Of a DNA stretch of 64,000 bases, positions 27,776-41,509 are shown piece by piece. The position numbers and the translations under genes are program-made. This DNA is from Epiperipatus broadwayi. Taxonomy: Eukaryota > Animalia > Onychophora. Location of the stretch: the NCBI GenBank assembly GCA_028023455.1, contig JAQFVV010000004.1, positions 24,738,001 to 24,802,000 of the forward strand. Reading direction: 5' to 3'. Each line of letters begins with the position of its first letter. The first letter of the stretch is position 1. Under the pieces are notes generated by a model. It had not been told where the DNA came from. It made no database searches and saw only the letters and a list, made by a program, of their open reading frames with translations.

Positions 27776-28789
27776 ATAACAAATACAATATACATGTTCT
27801 TTTAGAAAAAAATATTCACACATAATACTGTATCACAAATTTCTAGAAATAAAGAAATCTGCTATTAAATTTATTTTATCACATGAAAATGGTGAGATAT
27901 ATATGTCCAATATCTTGATTTGATGAATTAAATTGATGTGAAGTTTTGATAGATGTTTATCAAAAATAAAAAAAAATAAAAATAATAATAAATACTTACA
28001 AACAAAATCTATAAACATGAGAAATAGTAATAAAAATAATTACACACACATGTCACGTTGCCCATGAATTAATAAAAACAATGCTAGCTAGATCTGTTAT
28101 TTATTTCTAATTTATAACAAATAGCAATAGTAAGCCATATACATACCATGAATATCAATATTGCAAAAATGTCTTTGTAATTTATATTTTTAATGATATC
28201 TAAGTTTTAATGCTACAATAAACATAAGACTATTATTAGAGGCTAATCATTTATATATTATAATGGAACCCACTACCCCAAAGTTGATGGTGCCAGATAT
28301 AATGGAACCACGTGGTACACCATACGATGACGCGAATACGGCTAAGTAGTTGGATGATTTGAATGAAATGTGTCAACCACCCTACAACAATTCATATCCT
28401 AAATTTATGATTCAACAGCACATTTGGGTGCATCAGAGTTACTGAATCAGGAATGGCATACAACAAAGGGAGCGCATCTCACTACGGTCAGACCTAGGCC
28501 TTCAAATAGGATGCTAAAGATGTCACAATGAAATGCCCAGTTCCAAATCACATCTACTTTCAATATACTAACTTATAATTTACTAACAATATTTCAATGT
28601 AACTTAGACCAGTGCATATTCATTACATCTCCCTTTTTAGGCCCCATTACACCACAGAATTCAAACTCAGGGAGTTCTTGCAGTCAGCTCTCTTCAGGGA
28701 TGGACTTACTCAATTATTAACCAAATATGCCTATATATAAGCATAGATATAGAAAAATACTGATGATGATCAATTATTTATAAGAGCAA

Positions 28790-28940
28790 TACATAATGAT
28801 GATGATGATCATCAAACCTTTAATGGTGTAAATTCATAATGTGATAATGAAACTTTTAATGATATAAATGCACAATAATGATGGTGATGATCAAACATCT
28901 AGTGGTATAAATGCACAGTGATGATGGTGATGATCAAACA
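28790..28940. repeat. Degenerate about 42-bp minisatellite (GATGATGGTGATGATCAAACA...TATAAATGCACA), 3-4 units
   Basis: Two near-identical units at about 28864-28940 and more diverged units upstream. Confidence 0.75.
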
Positions 28941-30475
28941 GAGATCAGATTGGTTTAAACAACTTAATACATTTATTAACAACATATATAATAAATATTT
29001 ACAAACAAAAAATAATAAAATAAATAAATATTCGGTTATCAAAAATGGTGTTTCTATCATCTTGATGGCTTCACACAACAGAAACAAAATAATTTATACT
29101 ATATAATTCATTAAATTATATTATATAATTCATTAAATATATACATAAAACAAAAAAAAAAAGAAAAGCAAAATGAGAGTTCACTAATTCTAAAACTACC
29201 CCATTAATGTAATTATTAGAATGATATTTTTAGGCTAGGGTAAATACATTTATAACTATTTTTTTATTAAAATATATATATAGCCCCACTCCCATCTATA
29301 TGTGTGTGTAAGTCATAGTAAAAATTAATGATAGATACAAAAAAGACCTTTTACTCAGTGGGTTAATTGTGCATTCAGAAATAAAACAAAATTACAAGTA
29401 AATATTATTAAAACTTATTAGTAAACAAAATAGTTTTGTTTGTCCTAAAGTTTGCCCTCAATGTTAAATATATAAAAACCTTACTTGAGGTCACCTTGAT
29501 GGATCAATGTTGAATTTCCAGAGGAATCTGTAAATTTACTTTTATTAAAAATAATACATATTAATTGACTATGATTCCTTTTTTAAAATACATCAACATA
29601 TGACACATCTATTCACTGCTTCCACTTTTAAATTGCAGATGATCGAATTTGAAAAATGAATCTTGAATACACAATACCAAAAAAATTACAATACATAAAC
29701 TTTCAAATAAAAATGTCAAAAGCAAATAAAAATAATCACGTGAATCAAAATAAAATATATTTATCCTGAGGAGAGCAAGCATTTTGCCCAAAGTTAATAG
29801 TTTATAAATTGAAATGTCAATCTCCATGTATAACATTCCTGTTTGCCAATTCTGTTAATATTCATATATTTCATGCTGCTTGGTTAAAAACCAACACATA
29901 CAAATTATTTCTTCTGAATGTATATAAATCCATTGAAGATTGTTTACACCAGTGTTTCACAAATAGACATTTTGATGGTTACTTTAAAAATTTCATAATT
30001 TCTTAATTTCATAATGACATTGAAGCTAGCTTTGGAAAATCCTATAGCACTGATCTTTTACCCCGCACACATTGTAATGACCATTTTATCAATCACTATT
30101 AATTATATTGTAGCTCCAATAGATATATGAAAATGGCTTGAAGAAACAATTAATTTCAAGTATTTTCACGTTTCTTTTTTATTATTTCTATAATAATAAA
30201 TTCCAGTTTGCAGAATAAATTATGTCATTAGTTCAGTCCTACTAATTATCAATTGAAGTTTAAATTTCCATTTTTCTTTTATCCAAAATAAAGATTTTAT
30301 ATTATCTTAAAACTACAGATATTAAAATTTTACTGTTTTAAATGCTGAATAGAAAAACTTTACTTATGTGCTGTCAGTTCAATTGTTACTTTCCAACTGA
30401 AGAATGCTGCTAGATTGTCGCATGCTAGCTAAAAATTTATTGTTACAACTTAATACAAAAAAACAAATTATAAAA

Positions 30476-30581
<106 letters not shown>

Positions 30582-31559
30582 TAATCTTCATTATTCCAAA
30601 TTCGATCATTTAACAACAATTTTGACCTCATATAATTTTGATCTTTGATTATGTCTGTCTTATAAGTCATTTAATTACTAGTTAGTTAATGATATTAAAT
30701 GAATAAAAGAAAAACAATTAACTTCTACAAATAGATGAATATATTAGTTTATATGCATATATACTTCATGTGTATAGCAAATTTGTTTTCTTTCTCTCAA
30801 TAGACAAAAAAATTAATTTCTCAAACATATCATTTTATATGTATGTTCATACATGTACATACTACATATGTATAAGTAGATATGTATGATAAATTATTTG
30901 CCCACCACTTGACCTGAATTCAAACATTGGGAAAGAAATTAAGACAGGTGTGAAGGTTGGTTGTAAGCAATCTTGTACAACACCCCTCTCCTAAACAGTT
31001 AAAATTTTAAACTAGATTTCAAATTTTAGCACTCACAAGTATGATTAGAATGTATGATTATGTTGGCTTTGGTGAAGGGTTGCTACATCAATTTCCTTAC
31101 TTTCTAACATTTTTTTTCTATTATTTAACAGCTGTTTTTGGGAAGTTCAAATAGTGTTCTGGATTTAAAGCTTTGATGGTTTTATAATTGAGGCATAACC
31201 AAGAATGTGTCTCTGTTACAGAAGGCATATGAAATTATTTATTTGCCAACCTTCTCCATGCTCCTTTGAGGCTTATTGGACTTTGAAGGTCTAGCCAAAT
31301 ATCAAAACATGTTTGTTTAAGTTAGCCTCTAGATATTCCCATTATTGCACCTAAGCATTACTTGGGAAATACCCTCATCAAATGTAATATCCCTAACCTT
31401 GTACTATATATATGCATTTATACACACACACATATATATATATATATATTTATTATACATTGCACTTGCTATTTTTACAAAGTTTACCCTTTTTTTACAT
31501 TTATAAATCTCAGCTATGTTAAAAATTTGCTAATATTATCCTGAATTGTTACTAACATC

Positions 31560-31800
31560 CAAAATAAGGCTTTAACATACAAGCATTATACGTGCCATGG
31601 ACCTCTCCTTGGTTTATCCAAAATGCATTGGGACCTGATTGCTTAATGATGGTATATGGTCCCCTCGTACATATTATTAAACTTACGATACTTACCTTCC
31701 TGCAGTTTACTAGGATGTGGAGTTTTTATTAGCATTCTGTCTCCAATTCTGAATTCATGTTTAGACCTTCTTACATTACAATTTCTATGATTTGACTTCA
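31560..31800 (-). pseudogene. Gypsy integrase C-terminal GPY/F module remnant
   Basis: EFRIGDRMLIKTPHPSKLQEGKYRKFNNMYEG/PYTIIKQSGPNAFWINQGEVHGTYNACMLKPY with one frameshift. Confidence 0.8.
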
Positions 31801-32260
31801 TAGTAAATTGCTCTCAAGCTTGCAATATATTCTATTATTTATCCATTATAATTCTCATGGCTACAGGTTTATATTTATTGTAACCATAACTATTTGAAAA
31901 CACTCTATAAGGAATGTTAAATAAATTTAATACTTAATCTCAGACTTCTGTTAGCTTAAAACTTATGTTCATTTAAATGACTGAGTAAGTTAACATTTTA
32001 TATCTAAAGGAATAATAATAAAAAACTAATGTTTAATATAATAAATGGATGTCTTCATTTATGACATATCATTGGGCAGGTCTTTTCTTTGTCAGTAACT
32101 ATCATTGTCCAAATTTGTCAATTTACATATGAACCTATCATTTTTTTATACAAAATCATAGTGGATTCAATTTCTCTCCATAGTCCTTTTATGTGTATTA
32201 ATGGTCAGAATCTTTGAAGGTCCTTCCCTAACATGTGCTTTTTCTTTTAAGCAACATTAT

Positions 32261-32761
32261 TCACATGCCTAATGTATGTGAATGGGCCTTTTTATGTATT
32301 GCACAACTTGTGAAACCATGTATCCGCTCGCTTAATGGACCACAACATGATGGTTTGCCTTTCCATCTTGCCATACCCAGATCATCATCAGGATCATAAA
32401 GAAATTTATACTTCCACAAAGCATGACTAAGATGATCAAAGATATGTTCTAACTGCATAATTGAATTGAATTCTTTTGAAAATGTGCTTATCCCTTGAAA
32501 TGGCTTCTTGAGCTTGACTTGATGGCTTGCTTTAAACTTCCAGCAGTGTTTATTCAAATCATTCTGAGTTCTTTGGTTGCATGGTTTAACCGTTTCCACA
32601 TTTCTTGTGGATGGAATCACTGTCTGAGCTTTAGTGCCATCTTGATTCACCTTTGGTATCAACCTTTCTAAATTAGGCTTAAATGAATAATCTTCAATGC
32701 CATTTTTGAAGAACTGTAATGTCTGATCAGTGGAAAATTCAAGATCAAGTGAGACTGCCAC
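32261..32761 (-). CDS. 166-codon ORF inside the Gypsy element, product unassigned (possibly a deleted gag/pol fragment)
   Basis: Longest ORF in the window. It starts at the PBS and lies between the LTRs. GPLSERIHGF...IHKKA only weakly recalls the integrase-core entry (GPLP...KKAT). Confidence 0.4.
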   Translation of the reverse strand: MAVSLDLEFSTDQTLQFFKNGIEDYSFKPNLERLIPKVNQDGTKAQTVIPSTRNVETVKPCNQRTQNDLNKHCWKFKASHQVKLKKPFQGISTFSKEFNSIMQLEHIFDHLSHALWKYKFLYDPDDDLGMARWKGKPSCCGPLSERIHGFTSCAIHKKAHSHTLGM

Positions 32762-35700
32762 AATGTAAGAATGTCTGGTATTTTGAGAGGATTTAATTAC
32801 TATTTAGTTAATGATATTAAATGAATAAAAGAAAAACAATTAACTTCTACAAATAGATGAATATATTAGTTTATATGCATATATACTTCATGTGTATAGC
32901 AAATTTGTTTGCTTTTTCACAATAGACAAAAAAGAAATAATTTCTCAAACATATTAGTTTATATGTATGTTCATACATGTACATACTACATATGTATAAG
33001 TAGGTATGTAGGATAAATTATTTGTCTACCACCATTGGGAAAGAAATTAAGACAGGTGTGAAGGTTGGTTGTAAGCTATTTCTTACAACATATAGATATT
33101 ATGTAATGATATTTTTGTTGTTGTACATTAAATGTATTAATATTCATGCTCTCTCTCTCTCTTGTTATGAAATGTTCTTTGTTTGTTTCAAAAAGCAGGA
33201 TTTATATGTTAATATGTTATTATAAGTAATAATGGCCTTGAGTTTTTTTTATAATATAAAAATTCTCATAATGCTTTTATTGATGTTTTATTTAAAAAAA
33301 ATCTAATGAAATCACTATATTATGGATAGTCAGCTTAGATCTATGAAATATTGCTATTGTTTGATACAGTAAAGCATCTTCTATGGGCATTTACTATCTT
33401 CTGATCTTGTTTTTAAACAAAGATTTTGGTATAACCAAAATAGGATTTTGGGATTGTTTATAAAATATTTTAAATTAAATTTTACACACTAATTGGTTGA
33501 TTATTATTTAAAGCAAAAAGAATATACATATACACTTTCAATTTTTTTTACCCGTCTTTAATTTTTAGAAATAAAAAGTTAATAAACTTGACCAAAATAT
33601 AAACAAAGAAATCAGTGATGTATGTAGCATCATGATCTACCAGAATCAACATGGTGTTGAAATCTTTTTAAATATTATAATTATTTTTTTAGACATATCA
33701 GATTTTAAAGCAGAACTCAATATATCAATTATTCTTTCATTCATTTAAAAAAAATTAAAATAAAAACATTTCATTCATTTTTGAAAGAGTGTTCACACTA
33801 ACTGGTTGATGATATGTATGAAACACTGTTTGATTTTCAAGTCCATTTTTAAATATTTAAAAACATCAACTGTGCCTTTTTAGAATATTATTTATTTATA
33901 AAATTAAATTAAAAAAATGAAGTTCAATTTAATAAATTTTAGTATAAAATAAAGATTGTATGCAGGAGTGAATGTTAAGCATTTTCAAAAACACTCACCA
34001 GATAGAACAAAAAAATTGTCAAATTGTTATTGCTTAAAAATATTCCCAAGTAGAAAATAACTCTTACAGGTTTTTTTTAGTGAAAATAAGCTTTTTTTAT
34101 ACATATTGTTTAAATATCACAAATAAAGATGATTTCTTAGTGGTTTTATTTAAGCAGTTAGAAATTAATAAACCAATATGTAAAAAAAAATATTTTTAAT
34201 GTCTTAAAAACATCTCTTAAAAAAAAACATTTATTGTATTAATTTTTTTATTTTGCTTTAGTGATTTAATTTATAAGGTTCAGTTCTGATCAATGAGTAA
34301 AATATTTATTATTAAAATGACTATTTGTTTATTAATGAAATTGTGTTAGATAATTTAGAAGGGACAATATTTAAAAATGGCAACTTATTCCATTTTAGCT
34401 ACTTAAAACCAAATAATAACATTAATCAATCTGAAATTTTAATTGTATAGTTTTAATTGGTATCAAATTATATAAATAGGAAATTATTGAAATCTCATTA
34501 CATATATAAATTATAATGCATATATAATAGAAAATTCATAAAAAAAAAGATAGGTGCGAATTTATCTTAAAGAGTTTAAGAATATTCAACATTTACTACT
34601 TTCAAATTCTAATTATACTTAATATTGATCATGTAAAAATTGAACTGCTTAACTTATTTATTCATGTGATAGATAGATATATAGATATAAATGAAATAAA
34701 GTAGAAATTGACATTTTCTCAGTATTAATTTAGGTATTTAAATGATCAAAAAAATAAAATAAGAAAATAATTAAATTATTTATCTTTATTATTTTAAAAG
34801 TATCAATTTAAAATTTGAAGAAATTTGATTTATTAAAATTAATGATATTCGAAATGTGGAAATTGTAAAAAAAAAAAAGTAATTTAAATTTTTAACATAA
34901 TTATATTAAAGCAAAAATTTAACTCATTTTCTTCTGAAAAACAACTTTAGGAAAGAAAAAAGTAGAGAAATCTTGATTTTATTCTTTAAACTGTTAATAA
35001 TGAGCTCACAAGGTTTAACAGTCAGGTTCTATGTTTAAATTGATTGAGAATATAGCAGGAAAACTATTACTGTTAAAGCTATAAAAACAATACTTAACCA
35101 AAATGAAATAAATAAAAAAATATTTATATATAATATGATCATACTTATCTTCATATAACTATATTAAATAAACACTCATTTTTTAATTACAGTATAATAA
35201 TACATTTTTTCAAATCTTGTGTGATTTAAATGTATTTTATAACATTAAACATAAATTTGAATTCTAAATATTTTAAAATATATGCATTTTCTATAAGACA
35301 TTTCTTTTATAAATTTGATAGTATAATATGTATATTCATGTAAATTTGTGATAGAATTGATTGTGATATAGAAAACTTATTAAGCTTTACAAAACCAAAT
35401 CTATATTAAATATTATATTTGTTTCTTTAAATTTATTGATTCACAAAAATGCATAATATCGAAAACCAATTTCACATAACTTTGAACTAATTATTTTATA
35501 ACTGCTATTAAGTTCCAGAATCCAATCAATTATTATATTATAAAGTGTGTTTTATATAACACTTTTTTTAAAAAAAGTTGTTTTTCTTTAAGAATTCTTA
35601 ACACAATTCTCATATATAGTAAAGATAAATTATTATAGGAATGTTAGTAATTGGACTTAAAATGATCAAGATGGGCAAACACTACAGATTAATTTTTAGG

Positions 35701-38639
35701 AATGGATGATGTAGTTAATTGAGATAAAATGGCTTGAAAATATATAATCTTTAAATACATAATTATATAATTGAATATTTGCTAATTATCCTGATTATTA
35801 GAATATTTATCTACAAATGTATGATACTCTTGTTGTTTCTACTATGAATAACATATTTTAAAATATATATCTATAATGAAGTGCTTGATACAATTTGTAT
35901 CAATCCATACTGCCATGCTTTCAAGTATATATATATATTAAAAAGTAATGTAATTTATATGAATAGATTTTACATTAAAATAATATCAGTAATACAAAAC
36001 CATATTCAGTAATACATTTTCAAATGCATTGATGCAAATATCCCATAACCGAATATGTATGAAATCAAACATCATATATTACTCCAAGTCTGATTAAATT
36101 TGACATTTGTTTTTCATTGGTTCAATAGTTTATCTCTCTACTGATAAACATTGTCTCTTTTATTTTATGTTTTTTTATGGTTTCATTTTTTGGGTAAACT
36201 TTTAACATTATTAAAAACAATTGTAAAAGCATGATTGGAATCTAATTTATGTTCAAGGAAAACTGATTATATAATAATATTGTTTGATTTAGACTTCTAC
36301 ATATACATAAATAAAATACATATATGTAAATATTATATAAGCAAATGTTTCAAGAAAAAAAAATTGATTTGAATTTTTGCTACTATGATCAAAATGTTTT
36401 TATAATTTCTATATTAATATAAATGCTTTTGAAGCAAAATAAAAACTCCAATAAAACTTAGTATAATAGAATTTTAATGCCTGCTATATTTTGTTCCAAG
36501 CCTCCTTTATATACAAAAACATTGCTTATAATAGCTCATATTTTATTTATAAACTCTGATTACAATAGAATACGTATTGTTTATTGAACTGCAAGTTTTT
36601 AGTACTTTTCAACATAGACATATGTGTAGTGTGCATATATAAATTAAAATTATAGTATAATAAAATTTAAAAAATAATAATATAGTTATTAATAATAAAT
36701 TGAGAGGTCACATTTACATATATTTAACTGAGTGTTTACTCATTCATTCAATGAAAAAATAAGAAAAAAATACTGTACTGTATTTTTATTTTTTGAATAA
36801 AGTAAATAATGAATTGTCTGATTTTCATTGCAATTTAATATACTTTGGGCAATATATATATATTTCAATAACTTATTTTTCTTATAGACCTTAATAGTAA
36901 TCTTGTTATTAATAGAATATGATCTTTCTAATTGTTTTAGTGTTTTTAAGTCAGTACCAACTTTAAGTATGTTTTTAAATTTTGTAAAACTTACTGCACA
37001 TCAAATTTAAAAATGATAATAGAGGAAAAATAAAATTTATGTGCTTTCAACATAAATAGATTATTAATAAACATAATCATGTACAATGTGCCAAGCCAAA
37101 AAAATGACTGTGAATATATTGTAAAATTTATTTATACATTTTTTTTTGTTTTGGAATATGATCTCGAATAGAAAATGTATTAAATATAGAAATTTTTTTT
37201 GTTTGTTTATTTACATTTATGTTTGTTTACATTATTTTTCAAAAGCATATAATTGAAGTTATATATTATAATGTTGCAGACAATGACTAACTCCAGCCAT
37301 GCCAATATTACAAGTTTTTAAGTTTAAAATGTATTAATTAACTGGGAAATAATAAATCTAATTTGCCCATATGTGTTTTTAATATCAACATTAATTTATT
37401 TAAAATTTTATATTTTTTAAATGATGATATGATAGTTTCCAGACATTATTTTTTAATAATAATATGAATATTATTTTAATGTGTTGTAAATATTTATAAA
37501 AGAGAGAAAAATATAAAATCAAATGTGTTGGTAATTATGATTAATTACCAGTTTAATTTTAGTTTTTGAAAAAGCACTGGGAGCAAAAAAATTTCCTCTT
37601 CAATAAATTATTTAACAATTTTTAATTTTAACTTTTTAAGAAAGATAAAGTAGGTAAAGTTTTATGTTTACTAATAGTTTTTTTTTTTAAAAGAAAAAAA
37701 ATAACAATAAAGTTCTAACTTTTTGTGAAATTTTATTTTAATTAGTTAGAATTGATTTTTTCTTTTCACTTTACCTCTCTTTCCAAATATAAAGTAATAA
37801 ACACATTAACTTTTTTTTGACATTAAAAAAAATAAGTACAGAGAAATTATTTTTGACTTGTTTTGCATAAAAAAAGATAAATAAATAAAGGCATGGAAAT
37901 AACTGAACAATCTTTTTTGTAAAAGTAGATGTAATTGGTCAATGTTTAATTTGGTAATGAGAAGGATAGGATTGTGATTGGTTGGACAGATTGTTCTAAA
38001 TATAGAGGAGTGAATAAATAAGTAGATCTCATTGTTTAGTAAAAAAGGGTGAGGTCCAGCAATTGAAGAAAGCAATACGAGTCCTAATCAAATTGTTAAG
38101 AAGAGCAGTAGCAGTAAGTCTTTATCCAGCTATTGAAACAAACATAGGCAGTGATTCTTAGCTGATATCTTGAGGAAACACTGGAAGTAATTCTTAACTC
38201 AGCTATTAAACAGATGCAGAAGTTCAGGTGTTTAAAAATGTTTTTAAAGTAAAGACATACATATGCTAAGCTCACTAGAAAAATAGTAAAAAAAGAGAAT
38301 ATCTCTAATTGCAACAAGTCTTGTTTCTATCCAAGCGCATGATCATCTCTGTTTTTATGTATTAGCCCAGAGTTGAAAATAAATAGAGGGAAGCAAATGG
38401 AGAAATTCATTCTGTGTGAAATCTGAAAATATTGTATGGAAGAATGGATAAATTAATTGTGTACATAAGCTTGGAAAGAAGAAGCTTTCATAAAAAAAAC
38501 TTTCATGGAAAGAAAAAATTATGAGTGTCAAAGAAGTCAATAACACCATGGTAAAAGAATTTTTTAATGTGCACATTATCTCTACATTTAGAGATAATTT
38601 TTATTATAGAAATAATACTTGATGCTAATAAAGAATTTT

Positions 38640-38900
38640 TATTAACATTTTCTTGTGAAACATGTTTTTTATTATTCACATGTTTTCCCTTCAAAATTAT
38701 AAAAAGGATTTTTTTGTAATTTAATTTTTATTTCTTTAATATTTTCTTGTGAAACAAGTTTTTTTTTATTCATGTGATTTTTACTTTCTAAATTATAAAA
38801 AGATTGTTTTAGGTAATTTAATTTTTATTAAATTTAATATTTCTTTTGAAACATGTTTTTTTAAATCTATTTATTTTCCTTTCAACATTATACAAAGTGT
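38640..38900. repeat. About 95-bp minisatellite, 3 diverged units
   Basis: ATTTTCTTGTGAAACATG-like motif recurs at about 38647, 38741 and 38839 with similar spacers. Confidence 0.75.
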
Positions 38901-41509
38901 TAAACTTATTTAAGATTTATTATCACTGATTGTAAAAAAGTTGTTTTCCAACTTTTGTTATTTAAAAAGAAATAATTTAATGAATAAAAATCCACTAGTT
39001 AATTATATTTTTATATGGAATTATTTTTGATAAAATTGTATAAGTTTAAAGTATCATATTATCATGTCATTTTTAATTTTATTATTATTAATCAGTTTAT
39101 TAAATGTTTGTTTAAAAATATTCAGCAATGTCTTTATTGTTCCAGCTATCTGCTCTATGAGTAGGCAGCATGTGTAACTTGACTTTATTGGAGTATAGTA
39201 TTTTAGGAATTTTGAAATTATTTCAGTAAAATTATTTAAATTAAAATAGAGTAAGCTGAAATATTTATCTTTCTTTTATTCACAGTTGAGATTTATGATC
39301 TTGAGCTAGTTTTGAGCAATAATGATTAGTTATATGGCTTTATGTTTGTGTTTGGACATCCAGATAGCAATTCTGAATGACATGAGGGTATCACTTTAAA
39401 GTCCATTCACTATATTTTGTTTTTGTATTAGAAATTAAGTTATGGTTGGCTTGTACATTTAATGGTACCCTATAGCCACAACATTGATGATGATCAACAT
39501 TTGAGTATTCCAGCATTATTTTTATTATGAGTGATAGAATAGCATTTAAATGTAAATCTAGTTGATTTTTGTAAATATTTTATGTTTGACAATTGATAGA
39601 CAATTAGCCTATTTACAATATACCCAATTTAAATTCAGGCACAAAGCATGGCTGTTGATTGTTATTGCATTGGTTACTTTTGTTTATTGCTGGGTAATTT
39701 GTAGTATATAACTTATTATTAGTGTAACTATATATTGTTTAGTCCATGCTGATTTACATGCTCATTCATTTTATATGTTGATTCATTTACATTTGATTTT
39801 ACTGATCAATGGAGTGATGATGATTTGCCATCTCACTGTATTCACCCCATATCATCTGTACCATTATAACTTATGATGTACTATAGTTTATGGCTTTATT
39901 TATTTAAATTTTTAAATGCATTTTGAGTGCAGAACACTCTCTTCAGAATGCAAGCACTACACTGTTACAAGTATAACATTTATTTTATGAAGAGGATACT
40001 CTGCACTGAAAATGCATTTAAGGTTTAGATACTAAGTATAATTAAAGTTCTCATTTCCTATTAGAAGAATTGATATTAATGCAGAATTTATTAAAAATAA
40101 TTAAGAAACTTAATTTTTTATCATTTCATCAAATAGCTTTTTTAATTTCTGGATATTTATTCTCCAACTCTAAAACAAATTGTATTAATTGAGAAATTGC
40201 TATAGACAAGTAAAAACTTTTTATTTTATTCTAGAGAAAATTAAAAGAATTATTTTTTAACAATATACATATATATATTATTTATAATGTAATAAAATTT
40301 TCTAATATGCATTTTTAAAATCTATATTATTACTACTATATTGAAAATAAAAAGAGATATTGCAAGAATTTGACATTCTACAAGACAAAAGCATAAGTTA
40401 ATAAAATAAAAAAAAAGACAAAACTTTTCAAATAAAACTTTATTTTAGTATGAATGTATTTATTATTTCAAAAATGTCAATTTATGATAATGTTCTATTT
40501 TTACCATAAATTAATAAAGCATTGGAAATTATTTGACAATTTATTAATTATTTTTTCTTTTTGCAAGAAATTAAATTTTAATTTTTACTTACGATCAAAT
40601 AGGAGAATTCCATTACATATGACAACTTTATTGAACTAGCAGATAAATAATAAAACACTCATATTGTATTTATGCTATTTATTAACTTAATAATGTTATT
40701 CAAAAATCGACCAGTTTGCTTTTAAAGTTTTATTTGGCTATATAATTTTAAAAATAATTCAGTGTTTCATAATTTATTTACTTTTTTTAGTTTAGTATTT
40801 TATAAGCTTTATATAAACATTTATAAGTCTAAAATCCAACAAAGCCTAGATTAATACAATTCAAATAAAAGAAAACTTTATTTAATACTGGTGCTAAGTA
40901 TTACTTAATATGAATAACGAAATCAAATAATATGAGTTTTTATCCGTTATCGCGCCAATATTACAGGTAATCTATTAGTTAATCTTTATATAAACACTTA
41001 AATAAAAAAAAAAGGTATTTTAATTTTGTTAAAATATTCTAATTATTTTCTCTGCTTTGTTTATTTTTAAACTAATGAGAACATTTATGAAATGAGATGA
41101 AGGATGGTCGAATGCATTTCAATATTTTTTAAAAATAAAATAAAAACCAATAATTTGTTTATTTTTAAGCTTGTGATTGGATGCAATCTATTAAAAAGTA
41201 TTTCTTGATAATATGATATAATATATTCATGCTTAAATTTTTTAAATAAAATTTAATATCATACTCTTTGCTTAGTTTCTAATAAACTTATGTATGCAAT
41301 GGCATTAATAATGTGCAAAACCTGCACAGAGTTTTTTCAAGTATGTGCAAGTAACTTGTCAAATAATTTTCTAATACAATTATGTGCAGTAGCTTTTCTG
41401 AAAAACGATTTGAAACCAGAATCAGTAATAAAAGATTTGGCATATTTAATTTTAATAAAATATTCATTTGCACAATGTAATTATTCAACGTGATAATGTT
41501 TGCATTTGA

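Larger units (their letters stand above)
30646..33090 (-). mobile_element. Internally deleted Gypsy/Ty3 LTR retrotransposon with both LTRs
   Basis: Direct repeats at about 30646-30982 and 32764-33090 (roughly 90% identical). The right LTR has TGTAAGAA...TTCTTACA termini. A PPT AGGAGAGGGG (30983-30992, minus) abuts the 3' LTR. A PBS-like TGGCAGTC lies 3 nt inside the 5' LTR. An integrase GPY module is at 31560-31800. Confidence 0.85.

Noticed and set aside
28260-28335. Minus-strand YGVPRGSI resembling the LINE RT GVPQGS motif
   Set aside because: Flanking RT motifs are absent and the segment is part of a small local duplication.
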